A stretch of DNA of 64,000 nucleotides from NCBI GenBank assembly GCA_037134935.1, contig JBAXLG010000005.1:1-64000 (forward strand). Direction: 5' to 3'. Shown piece by piece: positions 29,170 through 39,822 of this stretch. Each line of letters begins with the position of its first letter. The stretch's first letter is position 1. Made by a program: the position numbers and the translations under genes. This DNA comes from Chlorobiaceae bacterium. Its GTDB lineage: Bacteria; Bacteroidota; Chlorobiia; Chlorobiales; Chlorobiaceae. The notes below the pieces were generated by a model that did no database searches, was not told the DNA's origin, and worked only from the letters and a program-made list of their open reading frames with translations.

Positions 29170-30183
29170 TCACAGGCCAAGCGTGATAAGGTCGTGAATG
29201 TGTACAAGGCCGACTGGTCGATGTTCACTGTCACATACAATCAGTTGGGTGATCCTGTAGGTTTCAAGGATATCAAGGCACTCTTTTGCAAGGGTCGTTG
29301 TTATAACTGTTTTTGGATTTGCTGTCATTACCGAAGCGGCATTCAGGCAAAAAAAGTTCTCACAGCTTTGAACTAAACGACGAAGGTCACCATCAGTAAA
29401 TATTCCAGTGAGATGACCTTTGTTATTGATAACAGCACTTACACCGTATCGTTTTGATGTCATTTCAAGAATGAGATCGGTAACCGAGGCATTTTCATTT
29501 ACAAGCGGGATGGCACTTTCCTTTGCCATAATGTCCGAAACCTTTACGGTCAGTCGTCGTCCGAGTGATCCTTTGGGATGGGTCAGCGCAAAATCGTTCT
29601 GTGTGAAATTTTTCTCTTGCATTAAAGAGATGGCAAGTGCATCGCCCATGGCAAGCATGGCTGTTGTTGAAGTGGAAGGTGCCAGATCGTAGGGACAAGC
29701 TTCTTTTTCTATACCGGTATCAAGCATGATATCTGCGTTTTGGGCAAGAAAAGATCTTGGATTGCCTGTCAAGGCTATAATAGTTACCCCAATTTGTTTG
29801 AGCGCAGGAACTATAAAGTTTAGTTCTTCTGTATTACCGCTTTTTGACAAACAGATGACAACATCATTTTTGCTGACAATACCTAAGTCGCCATGAGCTG
29901 CATCTGCTGGATGAAGAAAAAGGGCTGTCGAACCGGTTGATGACATGGTTGCAGCAATTTTCTGGCTTATAATACCGGATTTCCCCATACCGGAGATAAT
30001 AATTTTTCCAGTACATGATGCCAAAAGCTCTACGGCGAGGGAAAAACGGTCATCAAGCCGTTCCGCGATTATACGAATGGCTCTTGATTCCTGCTCAAGA
30101 ATTGATTTTCCCGTTTCTGTGATTTTCCGGATCCGTGACGATATGTCCATAGTTTCGATCAAAATTGAAGCTTCAATGATCAA
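29170..30183 (-). CDS. kdsD: Arabinose-5-phosphate isomerase (KpsF/GutQ/KdsD family; SIS + tandem CBS)
   Basis: The SIS domain (GKIIISGMGKSGIISQK) is followed by two C-terminal CBS motifs. Confidence 0.8.
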   Translation of the reverse strand: MIIEASILIETMDISSRIRKITETGKSILEQESRAIRIIAERLDDRFSLAVELLASCTGKIIISGMGKSGIISQKIAATMSSTGSTALFLHPADAAHGDLGIVSKNDVVICLSKSGNTEELNFIVPALKQIGVTIIALTGNPRSFLAQNADIMLDTGIEKEACPYDLAPSTSTTAMLAMGDALAISLMQEKNFTQNDFALTHPKGSLGRRLTVKVSDIMAKESAIPLVNENASVTDLILEMTSKRYGVSAVINNKGHLTGIFTDGDLRRLVQSCENFFCLNAASVMTANPKTVITTTLAKECLDILETYRITQLIVCDSEHRPVGLVHIHDLITLGL

Positions 30184-30271
30184 AAGATAATCGGTTTCTA
30201 TTTTTATAAACTGTAATATCGGCTAAATTGAACAATTACTATTTACTTTGCTAATCATAAAGCTTTTAATC

Positions 30272-30604
30272 ATGAGTTGGGTCGTTCTGATGGGTTTATC
30301 TTGGTTATTGTTTTTTTTGCTGGTATTTCTTTTCTCCAAGTTTTTAGGCTATATGAAAAAAGAACAAAATCTTGAAATAGAATCATTTAAAGATTCACTT
30401 ATAGATCCAGATAATCCCGTTGGCCTTTACGGTGACGAACTTGAAAAACTCAAGCAGCATCAGCAGGAAGCACAACGTCATCTCAGAGAAGTAATATCAA
30501 AAATACCCGTTATTCAAAAGGATGGAAGGTTTCAGATTGATGAAGAGCAGCTTCGGCAGCGTCGTGAGGCAAGCAATGGTAATAGTTCTAAAGATACGCT
30601 TTAA
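30272..30604 (+). CDS. Small hypothetical membrane protein
   Basis: There is an N-terminal TM helix (WVVLMGLSWLLFFLLVFLF) and a charged coiled C-terminus. The ATG at 30272 was chosen over the track's TTG. Confidence 0.4.
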   Translation: MSWVVLMGLSWLLFFLLVFLFSKFLGYMKKEQNLEIESFKDSLIDPDNPVGLYGDELEKLKQHQQEAQRHLREVISKIPVIQKDGRFQIDEEQLRQRREASNGNSSKDTL

Positions 30605-30626
30605 GGTTTTCTGATTTTTCTTCTGC

Positions 30627-32141
30627 ATGCTTTCCAAGCTTAAACTTCTTTTCAAAGATACGGTTATCTACGGATTCAGCACGATTCTTGCCCGTAGTCT
30701 CAACTATCTTTTGGTACCTCTTTATGCAAACAAGCTTTCTACCTTCGATAATGGTGTGCAGACTATTATTTACGCCAATATTGCATTGGCAAATGTGTTA
30801 TTTTCCTATGGTCTTGAGACCTCTTATCTTAAGATAGCTTCTGATTCAAACAATCAGGATGCGGATGAAACGCAATTTTTTTCAACAGCCTTCATTTGCC
30901 TTTTCGTGACATCAACTCTTTTTGCATTACTGATTGTATTTTTTGCTCCCTACATTTCCCAATTAATAGGTCTGTCTTCTTCAGATTATCCATTTATCAG
31001 ATATGCTGCACTGATTTTATGGATTGATACCCTTCTGGTTATTCCCTTTGCAGAGCTACGCCTCAAAAGAAAGGCGTTACAGTTTGCGATTGCTAGAGTA
31101 GTTGGGGTAATAGCTGTCGTGCTCTGTGCGGTGCTGCTTATTATTCCATTTCATACTGGTTTGCATGGTGTTTTTATTGCAGAGGCATTTGGTTCTCTCA
31201 TAAGTCTTTTCTTGGTTATTCCTGTTTTTCAGCAATTCAGGTTCTTTTTTTCAGTCACTCAGCTACGCGAAATGCTGCGAATCGGGTTGCCCTATGTGCC
31301 AGCAGGGATTGCTGGTCTTCTTATTCATCTTATTGATCGAAACATTTTAATCAGGATATCACCTTCAGAGATTGAACGAATCTATGGGAAAGGATATGAA
31401 GCTTCTGATATTGTTGGTATTTACGGGCGGATTGTAGCTTTTGGAGTTGTGCTCCAGCTTTTTATCCAAGTATTTCGTTTTGCATGGCAACCCTTTTTTC
31501 TTCAGCATGCCAAGGATCCCGATGCAAAAAAGCTTTTTCGGCATATCCTGAATATTTCCACCCTTTTTACCATTTTTGTGGCACTTATCGCCTCTTTTTT
31601 TGTTCCCGATCTTGTTCGCCACCACTATGGAGGAAGATTTTACATACTTCCTCCCCGTTACTGGATCGGGCTTTCGATTCTACCATGGATTTTTTTGAGT
31701 TATGTGTTTGATATGGTATCAACCAATCTTTCTGCAGGAATACTTATTACCGGTAACACTCGCTACCTGCCTGTAGTTACATTTGCTGGTGCTTCAGTAA
31801 CAGCTATTTGTTGCTGGTGGCTTATTCCTCTGAGCGGTATGGATGGTGCAGCATACGCCATTGTTGCAGGTACTTTAGTCATGTGTTTGGTTATGGCATG
31901 GTATTCTCTTAAACTTTTTCCAATTAATTATGATTGGGTTAAGCTTTTTTTACTTCTTGCTGTAGGTTGTATATCGGTGTGGTGCCAGATGTTTTTTTTG
32001 CAGTATGCTTTCCAAACTGGTATCGGTATTGTAGTGAAAATAGCTTTATTGCTTCTCTATCTTGTTTTTACAGTGGCTCTTTTTCGTGAAGAATCTACAC
32101 TTGTTGTTGTCAAGGTCAAAGAAAGGTTCGGATGGAAATAA
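30627..32141 (+). CDS. Polysaccharide/oligosaccharide flippase (MOP superfamily, Wzx-like)
   Basis: It is ~12-14 TM throughout and has the N-terminal motif typical of polysaccharide biosynthesis (PST) proteins. Confidence 0.65.
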   Translation: MLSKLKLLFKDTVIYGFSTILARSLNYLLVPLYANKLSTFDNGVQTIIYANIALANVLFSYGLETSYLKIASDSNNQDADETQFFSTAFICLFVTSTLFALLIVFFAPYISQLIGLSSSDYPFIRYAALILWIDTLLVIPFAELRLKRKALQFAIARVVGVIAVVLCAVLLIIPFHTGLHGVFIAEAFGSLISLFLVIPVFQQFRFFFSVTQLREMLRIGLPYVPAGIAGLLIHLIDRNILIRISPSEIERIYGKGYEASDIVGIYGRIVAFGVVLQLFIQVFRFAWQPFFLQHAKDPDAKKLFRHILNISTLFTIFVALIASFFVPDLVRHHYGGRFYILPPRYWIGLSILPWIFLSYVFDMVSTNLSAGILITGNTRYLPVVTFAGASVTAICCWWLIPLSGMDGAAYAIVAGTLVMCLVMAWYSLKLFPINYDWVKLFLLLAVGCISVWCQMFFLQYAFQTGIGIVVKIALLLLYLVFTVALFREESTLVVVKVKERFGWK

Positions 32142-32731
32142 TTGTGGTAATGAAAAGTTATAACATATTGCTTTTTTAAGCAGATAACGGAAAAATAAAC
32201 GTTTTGAAATGATGCATAGTATTTAAAACACGAGAAACATAAAGGCCGTACCGTTTTTTATTAAAAATCTGTGGTTGCCCAAGCAATAATCATCAACCTG
32301 CTTTCTTTCCTGAAACACCTCTTCATGAATCCATTTTGACTGGTCTGTTAATTCGCCAATAAAACCCTTAATATTGGCGCGACCTATTGCTATTTCGATA
32401 CTTGTTAGCATACAGCCCTGCATTCCAAAAGAATTTCATACTGAAAACACTTGCTCATGTAAGGACTGATGGATATGCGCAACTTATTACCTTATTATTA
32501 TTTAATTTGATATTGAAAAGTGCATGATTCTTAATCACTTCAGCATCATCAGAATCTTTTAAAAAAATGCATTGATAAATGGGTCTCGATGGTTCAGCGA
32601 GATTAATCAGAACTTCTGAGATAACATTCCTCGAAACTTTGCTTCGTGCGTGAATCAATTATAAATGAATGAACCTCTTAAATCATTATCATATAATTTG
32701 TCTTATGAAAATAATGAATTTGCATTAATAA

Positions 32732-34978
32732 GTGGATACTAACGTTTCCACTATTTCGGGCGAAGACCGTATTACCGGTGTTGTTGAAAAAGTCAGCTTT
32801 TTCAGTGCTTCTTCAGGATTTACAGTGCTTCGGGTGAATGTCAAGGGGAAGAGTGATCCTGTGACTGTTGTAGGGTGTGTTGCTACTGTGCGTACAGGCC
32901 AACATATTGAGGCGGTGGGAGGCTGGGATAATAATAAAACATGGGGAATACAGTTCAAGGCAACGCACATCTTGGTGATTCCTCCAGATACTCTTGAAGA
33001 AATCACTAAATATCTTTCCTCCGGTATGGTAAAAGGTGTTGGTCCCCATTTGGCAAGGGTGCTTGTAGATGCTTATGGAATGGAAGTGTTCACCGTTATT
33101 GAGGATTATCCTGAAAAACTTCTCGAACTTCCTGGTATTGGAAAGAAACGATTGCAACAGCTTGTTGCTGGATGGGCTGAGCAGAAAGCGGTAAAAAAAA
33201 TTATACTGTTTCTTCAGTCCAACGGGGTAAGTACAGGCAAGGCTATACGGATTTATCGGGTTTATGGTGATGATGCTATTGCTGTGGTGAGTAATAATCC
33301 CTATCGCCTCATTCTTGATATACCGGGAGTCGGTTTTCGGACAGCTGACCAGATTGCCCATAATATTGGTATAGCCACTGACTCCCTTCTGAGAGCTCGT
33401 GCAGGTATTGGTTTTGTACTTCATGAGCTTTCCCTTGAAGGACATTGCCGTGTTCCTGAGCCAATGCTTTTTGCTGCATGTAAAAAGCTTTTGAATATTC
33501 CTCTTGCTATTCTTAAAGAGGCTCTTCAGCAAGAGCTTTCTATTGGGGCACTTGTTGCTATTGAGCATCAGTCCGAAAGAAGTTTTTATCTGGCAGCACT
33601 TTTTTATGCCGAAAAGAGAATTGCCGAAAGTATTCATCGGATTATGCAGGGAAATCTTCCCTGGGGAAGTCTTGATCTGGCAAGGGTGATTACTGAAGCA
33701 GAAAAACTGTCAGACATTCGATTATCGGAATCGCAAAGAAATGCCGTTGCGCTCGCGCTTTCGAGCAAATTTATTGTTATAACCGGTGGGCCCGGTGTAG
33801 GCAAAACGACCATTATCAATACCATTCTCAAAATTCTCGATTCAGGCAGATTACAATTTGCGCTCTGTGCCCCGACAGGAAGGGCGGCAAAAAGGCTTTC
33901 CGAAGCAACTGGAGTCGAAGCTAAAACCATTCACCGCCTACTTGATTTCGATCCCTATACCAACAATTTCAAACGAGGTTTCGGTAATCCTCTTCAGGCT
34001 GATGTTGTTATTGTTGATGAAGCTTCAATGATTGATGTAGTATTGATGAGCAAATTGCTGACGGCTATTTCTGATGGTGCAGCTCTTATATTTGCAGGAG
34101 ATGTTGACCAGCTTCCACCGGTTGGACCGGGATTTGTGCTTTCAGACATGATTAGTTGTGGAACGTTGCCAGTGGTGCGCCTGACAGAAATATTCCGTCA
34201 GGCACAAAGTTCTATGATTATTGTCAATGCACACCGTATTAACAAGGGGGAATCGCCACTTTCGTTCAGCAGAGGTAGTAAATTCGACGCAGTTGAACTG
34301 TCAGATTTTTATGTTGTTCCGACTTTGACTACTGAGGATATTCAGCGAAAGCTATTATTGGCAGTCGCTGAGCGTATTCCGTCGCGCTTCCATTTTAACC
34401 CTTTACGGGATGTCCAGGTACTGACACCCATGAATCGAGGCCCTCTGGGTACGAAAGCCCTTAATACTCTTTTGCAGCAAACATTGAATCCTCATGCCCC
34501 ACGAAAAGTTGAGCGTTTTGGAACAACTTTTGCTGAAGGGGATAAAGTAATCCAGATCGTTAATAACTACGATAAAGAGGTGTTTAATGGCGATATCGGG
34601 CTTATCTCCACTGTAAACGAGGAAGAAGACTCACTTGCTGTGCTTTATGATGGTCGAGAGGTACTCTATGAGTTCGGTGAGCTTGACGAGATAACTCTGT
34701 CTTACGCTATTACTATTCACAAAAGTCAGGGATCAGAATATCCAGCAGTAGTGATACCTCTTTCCATGCATCATTTTACGTTGCTTGAAAGAAATCTGAT
34801 CTACACTGCTGTTACAAGAGCAAGAAAGCTTGTAATGATTATCGGCGATCCCAAAGCGCTTGCCTTGGCCATTGGAAATAGATGTTCTGCTGAGCGTTTG
34901 ACTGGTCTTGCTGCAATGCTATCGGCCCCCCCTCCCGGTGTCATCTTGACCGGTTGGCAGGCTCTGATTACAGAGTAG
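32732..34978 (+). CDS. recD2: RecD2-type SF1 5'-3' DNA helicase
   Basis: It has an N-terminal OB/HhH extension, Walker A (ITGGPGVGKTT), a DExx motif (VIVDEASM) and C-terminal helicase motifs. The start is GTG. Confidence 0.8.
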   Translation: MDTNVSTISGEDRITGVVEKVSFFSASSGFTVLRVNVKGKSDPVTVVGCVATVRTGQHIEAVGGWDNNKTWGIQFKATHILVIPPDTLEEITKYLSSGMVKGVGPHLARVLVDAYGMEVFTVIEDYPEKLLELPGIGKKRLQQLVAGWAEQKAVKKIILFLQSNGVSTGKAIRIYRVYGDDAIAVVSNNPYRLILDIPGVGFRTADQIAHNIGIATDSLLRARAGIGFVLHELSLEGHCRVPEPMLFAACKKLLNIPLAILKEALQQELSIGALVAIEHQSERSFYLAALFYAEKRIAESIHRIMQGNLPWGSLDLARVITEAEKLSDIRLSESQRNAVALALSSKFIVITGGPGVGKTTIINTILKILDSGRLQFALCAPTGRAAKRLSEATGVEAKTIHRLLDFDPYTNNFKRGFGNPLQADVVIVDEASMIDVVLMSKLLTAISDGAALIFAGDVDQLPPVGPGFVLSDMISCGTLPVVRLTEIFRQAQSSMIIVNAHRINKGESPLSFSRGSKFDAVELSDFYVVPTLTTEDIQRKLLLAVAERIPSRFHFNPLRDVQVLTPMNRGPLGTKALNTLLQQTLNPHAPRKVERFGTTFAEGDKVIQIVNNYDKEVFNGDIGLISTVNEEEDSLAVLYDGREVLYEFGELDEITLSYAITIHKSQGSEYPAVVIPLSMHHFTLLERNLIYTAVTRARKLVMIIGDPKALALAIGNRCSAERLTGLAAMLSAPPPGVILTGWQALITE

Positions 34979-35118
34979 GGTAAATAGTCCTTTCTGTGTA
35001 CGGTTTTGAATAAACCCAAAGGTATTCCGAAACTATCTCGTTAAGAGATTCCTTTGCTCATAATCAGTCTGCTTTTTTTATATTTAAGGACATTCCTGAA
35101 AACATTATTACTGTTTTA

Positions 35119-36465
35119 ATGAAGAGACTCAATCTGATCCGCCTTTCTCTTTTCCAGATGGGATTTGGCATCATGCTCGGTTTTCTACTCGATACCCTTA
35201 ATCGGGTTATGACTACAGAGCTTCGTATTTCGGCTACCATTGTTTTTGGGCTGATAAGTCTTAAGGAATTACTTGCTATTTTTGGGGTAAAAGTTTGGGC
35301 TGGCAATTTGAGTGACCGTTCGCAAATTTTTGGTTTGAAACGTACACCTTATATTCTTTTTGGCCTTTTGTGCTGCGTTTTTTCATTTATGCTTGCCCCT
35401 GCAGCAGCATATGAGGTCAAAGTTGCCGGAACAGCTTTTTCCGACCTGCTTTCTGCCATTATGAAGGATATCGGCCTTTTGAAACTTGCAATTATTTTTC
35501 TGGTTTTTGGCTTTGGTCTTCAGGTTGCTACTACAGCTTATTATGCATTGCTGGCAGATGTTGTAGATGAAAAAGATATTGGCAAGGTTACCGGTGCAAG
35601 CTGGACGCTCATGGTACTCACCACCATTATTTCCACCCGTATTGTTGGCTCATTTCTTGATGTATTCACGCCTGAGCGCCTTATAACTGTTGCCGAAGTC
35701 GGCGGTTTGACAGCACTTTGTATCGGTCTTATTGCAGTGCTTGGTGTGGAACAGCGAAATGCCGAATCAAAAGAAGGGAAAAGCAAGCACTCGATAACCT
35801 TTTCCCAGTCCATTAAGCTGCTTTCGTCATCGCCAAAAACTCTGCTTTTTGCTTCTTATATTTTTATATCTATTTTTGCCCTTTTTGCGAATGAAATTGT
35901 CATGGATCCTTTTGGCGCTCATGTTTTTGGGATGCCTGTTGGCACTACAACAAAACTTTTCAGACCGACAATGGGTGGCACGCAGCTCATTTTCATGCTC
36001 ATTACAGGTTTTTTATTAAGCCGTATTGGTCAGAAAAGGGGAGCTCTTATCGGAAATGTTTTTTGTATTATTGGCTTTATTATGCTTATTAATGCAGCCT
36101 TCATGCGCGACGTATCATTTCTGCGTATTGCACTTATTGTTACCGGGATTGGTCTTGGTACTTCAAGTGTATCCAATATCTCTATGATGATGTCGATGAC
36201 CGCAGGCCGTAGTGGTATTTACATTGGCCTATGGGGAACTGCCCAAAGCCTCGCCATCTTTGTCGGTCATTTAGGTGCGGGTATTGTCATTGATCTTGTC
36301 TATCATTTTACCGGACAATATGTTTTGGCATATACGGCTATTTTTGTGTTTGAAATTGTGGCCTTCACTATTGCGAGTTTGGTACTTCCGCATATTTCAA
36401 AAGAAGCTTTCGAAGCTGAAAGTGAGTCGAAAATTTCAGAACTCGCTCTTGCAGGCAAAATCTGA
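35119..36465 (+). CDS. MFS transporter of the BCD/PucC (bacteriochlorophyll delivery) family
   Basis: It is ~12 TM with PucC-like N-terminal motifs (LSDRSQIFGLKRTPYILFG). Confidence 0.6.
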   Translation: MKRLNLIRLSLFQMGFGIMLGFLLDTLNRVMTTELRISATIVFGLISLKELLAIFGVKVWAGNLSDRSQIFGLKRTPYILFGLLCCVFSFMLAPAAAYEVKVAGTAFSDLLSAIMKDIGLLKLAIIFLVFGFGLQVATTAYYALLADVVDEKDIGKVTGASWTLMVLTTIISTRIVGSFLDVFTPERLITVAEVGGLTALCIGLIAVLGVEQRNAESKEGKSKHSITFSQSIKLLSSSPKTLLFASYIFISIFALFANEIVMDPFGAHVFGMPVGTTTKLFRPTMGGTQLIFMLITGFLLSRIGQKRGALIGNVFCIIGFIMLINAAFMRDVSFLRIALIVTGIGLGTSSVSNISMMMSMTAGRSGIYIGLWGTAQSLAIFVGHLGAGIVIDLVYHFTGQYVLAYTAIFVFEIVAFTIASLVLPHISKEAFEAESESKISELALAGKI

Positions 36466-36489
36466 AGATCTATTAATGCGCCCGATGCT

Positions 36490-37434
36490 ATGAAATATGT
36501 TTTTGGGCCGGTATCTTCAAAACGGCTTGGCCAATCGCTGGGTGTTGATTTGCTCCCTCCGAAAAGCTGCACATGGAACTGCATTTACTGCCAACTGGGA
36601 CAGACAAAAGCCTTTGTTACCGATAGGAATGAGTTTTTTGCGCGTGAAGAAATTCTTGATGAGATTCGCCATGCCATTGCCGACAATAACCTGATTGACT
36701 GGATAACCTTTGTCGGCTCAGGAGAAACCTTGCTTTACAAGGGAATTGGATGGCTGATTGCAGAAGTGAAAAAACTTACATCTATTCCTGTAGCTGTTAT
36801 TACCAATGGATCATTGCTTTATCTGCCGGAAGTCCGCAAAGAGCTGCTCCATGCAGACGCAGTGCTTCCTTCTCTCAATGCCGGATCGGAAGCTCTGCAT
36901 GAGCAGATTGATCGCCCTGCCTTCGGCTTGACATATCAAAAGCATATAGAAGGTCTTTTAGCGTTTAGAAAAGAATATAAAGGCCGGTTATGGATTGAGG
37001 TAATGCTGCTCGGCGGCATCAACGATTCCGATGAGGCTCTTCGGGAGCTTGCTGCCGTTTTCAAAGAGATAAGCCCGGATATGGTGCATCTTGTTCTTCC
37101 CACCAGGCCTTCCCCTCAGCAGGAGGTTCATCTTCCTTCTGCTGAGCGGATTCAACGGGCTATATCCATTCTTTCAGAGGTGGTAACTGTTATAGATCCA
37201 GTAAAGGGATGCATGAACCTCCAGAGTGCACCCGACCTGCTTCAGGCTGTTACTGCTATTGCTTCTCGCCATCCTGTACAGCAACGCGAGCTGCAAAAAG
37301 CACTTGACGATTGCTTCCCTAACGATAGCGGCAAAGTAAGTAAGGTCATGGATGAAATGCTTGAAACTGGAATCTTCAAAATTGTCGAGCACGGGGGAGA
37401 TATCTACTGGGTTATCAAGCAGTTTGAAGAGTGA
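36490..37434 (+). CDS. Radical SAM protein (small, COG0731-like), function unknown
   Basis: It has a GPVSSKRLGQSLGVDLLPPKSCTWNCIYCQ CX3CX2C cluster motif. It lies 24 nt downstream of the PucC-like gene. Confidence 0.6.
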   Translation: MKYVFGPVSSKRLGQSLGVDLLPPKSCTWNCIYCQLGQTKAFVTDRNEFFAREEILDEIRHAIADNNLIDWITFVGSGETLLYKGIGWLIAEVKKLTSIPVAVITNGSLLYLPEVRKELLHADAVLPSLNAGSEALHEQIDRPAFGLTYQKHIEGLLAFRKEYKGRLWIEVMLLGGINDSDEALRELAAVFKEISPDMVHLVLPTRPSPQQEVHLPSAERIQRAISILSEVVTVIDPVKGCMNLQSAPDLLQAVTAIASRHPVQQRELQKALDDCFPNDSGKVSKVMDEMLETGIFKIVEHGGDIYWVIKQFEE

Positions 37435-37550
37435 TGCGCATCCTGGATCAAGGTGGTAACAGAGATGCCCCTTTCTGAAAAACAGTAGCATCTCATTCAT
37501 AGTACTCACTTCTGTTCTGATTGAATCATGGGTGTAGTCTGTTTCGGCAG

Positions 37551-37976
37551 TTAAATGCCTGAAACTTGCATAAGAACGTTTCGCTTTTGGCGGGGGCCGT
37601 CCAGTTCAACAAAAAATATGGACTGCCATTGTCCGAGCAGTAGCTTTCCTTGTGAAAAGGGAATGGATTCAGAACTGTTCATGAACAGTCCGAGAAGATG
37701 GGAATGGGCATTGTCGCGACCATCAAGAGGCTTGAGGTTATGCTTGTAGTTACCATCTCTTGGTACTATGCGCTTTAAAAATGTTTCCATATCTTCAAGA
37801 AGATACTCCTCTTTTTCGTTTATACTGATGAAGGCTGTAGTATGTTGGCTTATAACAATTACCTGTCCTGACTCAAGCTTTGATGCTGCAAGCATTGAAA
37901 ATACTTCATCGGTAATATCGATTATTTCAATGGGCTTGGTGGTTTGAATATTGATAGTTGTTGTGATGAATTGCAT
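37551..37976 (-). CDS. yjbQ: YjbQ/UPF0047-family protein (secondary thiamine-phosphate synthase-like)
   Basis: It is 141 aa with conserved HTTA…NAHSHL motifs. Confidence 0.75.
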   Translation of the reverse strand: MQFITTTINIQTTKPIEIIDITDEVFSMLAASKLESGQVIVISQHTTAFISINEKEEYLLEDMETFLKRIVPRDGNYKHNLKPLDGRDNAHSHLLGLFMNSSESIPFSQGKLLLGQWQSIFFVELDGPRQKRNVLMQVSGI

Positions 37977-38027
37977 AGGATGAGTCCTCTAAAAGTTTAA
38001 TTCGACAATAAAACATTTTTCAATGTT

Positions 38028-39479
38028 TTATTGTCGAATTTCTACGGTTATGACAATTCCTTCATGAGGAGAGAGGCATACATGGATAGTTTTGTCGGCA
38101 ACATAAATATTGTTGCTTTTAGGTTCTGTTGCAGTACTGAGTATATTCAGTTCATCGAAAGTAATACCTTCAAGTATTGAAGGCTGAAACTCTACGGCAA
38201 TGCCCGTTGAGTTGAAATTGGCCAGAACAAAAGCACACTCCTTTTCTGTAAAGCGTTGAAATCCAAAACAATTTGATTGCGCGGCATGCAGGTCAAGCCA
38301 TTCAATACGTCCATCCTGAAAAAGTTGTGTTTTCTGGAGGGTAAAAAGTTTTTTGTAAAGTTCTGCAAGTTCACTGTCTTCAGGTTCTGAAGCCTGTTTG
38401 ACAAGCTGTACCGGAATTTTCTGCTTGAATCCTTCTATCTGGTCTTGATGTATAAGATGCATTCCAGGAGCAGTTAAGAGCACAAGAGCGGCAGCCTTGT
38501 TGTTCAAGCCGATTTTATGTCCCGCTCTTGGTTCGTCATGGTTTTCGATAAATCTGCAGAGATGTTTTTGGTAATCCCATTGGGCAAGAAGATGGCCCTT
38601 CAATTTTTCAATATGTACCGGAGTACTGGTGATATAGTCGTAAAAGGGTTTATCGTAGGTAAAGTCGAATCCCAGCTGCTGAAGTTCCCACTCCATGTTC
38701 CAATAGGACTCGGCAAGAAATATAAAGTTAGGGTGTCGGTGCTTTATAGCCGCGATAGCCTCAGGCCAAAACTCTTCTTTCATTAATCCGCTGAGATTAC
38801 CCCATGTTGTGTTGAATACGTTTTTAAGAATCAGCATACCAACATCGCATCTGACGGCATCACAGAGTTCACTGATTTTGAAGAGGTTATCAGTCATCAT
38901 TCTGTGAGTCGCCTCGTTTGCATAGTTGAGCTGTAGGGTGTCGGTCCAAGGGGGAAAGTAGGGATCTTTACCGTAGGCCAAGTATTTTTCCTGTGCGTAT
39001 TCAAAGCCTGAATCAGGGTTTAGGTTCATTTCCTCAATAGAGAGGGGGATGAAGAATTCAGGATGTTCCGGTAGCCACTCATTGTCGAGGGCCATATGGT
39101 TCGGAACAAAGTCTAACATGAGTTTTATTCCGTAATCATTTAGTTTATCACGGAATGCAAGCAGTTCAGATTTTCCGCCGAGAGTGTCGTTGACGGTATA
39201 TGAAGGGATAGAATAAGGTGATGATACAATGTCGTCTGGCTGAACTGCTGCAAGGTATTCCAGGAAAGAGGATCGGAGTCCAGAATGGGCTGTAGCAATT
39301 GCTTTGCTATACTGACTTGGTGTCCATACACCCATAAGCCAGATCATGTCGAAACATGAGGTGGAAAAGAAAGCGAACTCTTCATCGGGAATGTTTGCGA
39401 GTGTTATGAGGCGGTTGTGCAGTCTGCTCAGTTTTTGTAGCCAGATTCTGGTATTGATTTCATATACAAGAGGGAACAT
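38028..39479 (-). CDS. GH13 alpha-amylase-family glycoside hydrolase
   Basis: It has conserved GH13 regions (LMLDFVPNHMA; catalytic Asp/Glu regions). Confidence 0.75.
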   Translation of the reverse strand: MFPLVYEINTRIWLQKLSRLHNRLITLANIPDEEFAFFSTSCFDMIWLMGVWTPSQYSKAIATAHSGLRSSFLEYLAAVQPDDIVSSPYSIPSYTVNDTLGGKSELLAFRDKLNDYGIKLMLDFVPNHMALDNEWLPEHPEFFIPLSIEEMNLNPDSGFEYAQEKYLAYGKDPYFPPWTDTLQLNYANEATHRMMTDNLFKISELCDAVRCDVGMLILKNVFNTTWGNLSGLMKEEFWPEAIAAIKHRHPNFIFLAESYWNMEWELQQLGFDFTYDKPFYDYITSTPVHIEKLKGHLLAQWDYQKHLCRFIENHDEPRAGHKIGLNNKAAALVLLTAPGMHLIHQDQIEGFKQKIPVQLVKQASEPEDSELAELYKKLFTLQKTQLFQDGRIEWLDLHAAQSNCFGFQRFTEKECAFVLANFNSTGIAVEFQPSILEGITFDELNILSTATEPKSNNIYVADKTIHVCLSPHEGIVITVEIRQ

Positions 39480-39822
39480 TGCATAGATCTTATTGGTGGA
39501 TACTGATTAGTCCCAAAATATAGCAACTCTTTGTACTAATAAAATGGGTTATCGGGCGTAAAAAAAGAAAAAGCATCCATCGATCTGCATTGCCGTATTT
39601 TTGAGATATGTTCAGTATGTTGGATACTTGAAGAAACAAAAAAATATGTGCTTTGGAATGTTGCGGGTTGCAAAGGGGGCTGATTTGTTTTTTTCATGAT
39701 TTGTAAAAAGGGTAAAGTTATACGAAATTCAACTGGAGATTCCAGCGTTGTTCGGTGCTGATAAGGTTTATATTATGTGCAATTAGGACGCGCTATAATT
39801 AGTTAACAGGTTTTCAGACGTT

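Noticed and set aside
29080-29376. 98-aa plus-strand ORF starting in the glnN terminator and running into kdsD
   Set aside because: It begins inside the terminator hairpin and is antisense to the kdsD 3' end. It has no RBS or motif.
32813-33637. 274-aa minus-strand ORF inside recD2
   Set aside because: It is antisense to a helicase gene with clear motifs, and has no domain signature.
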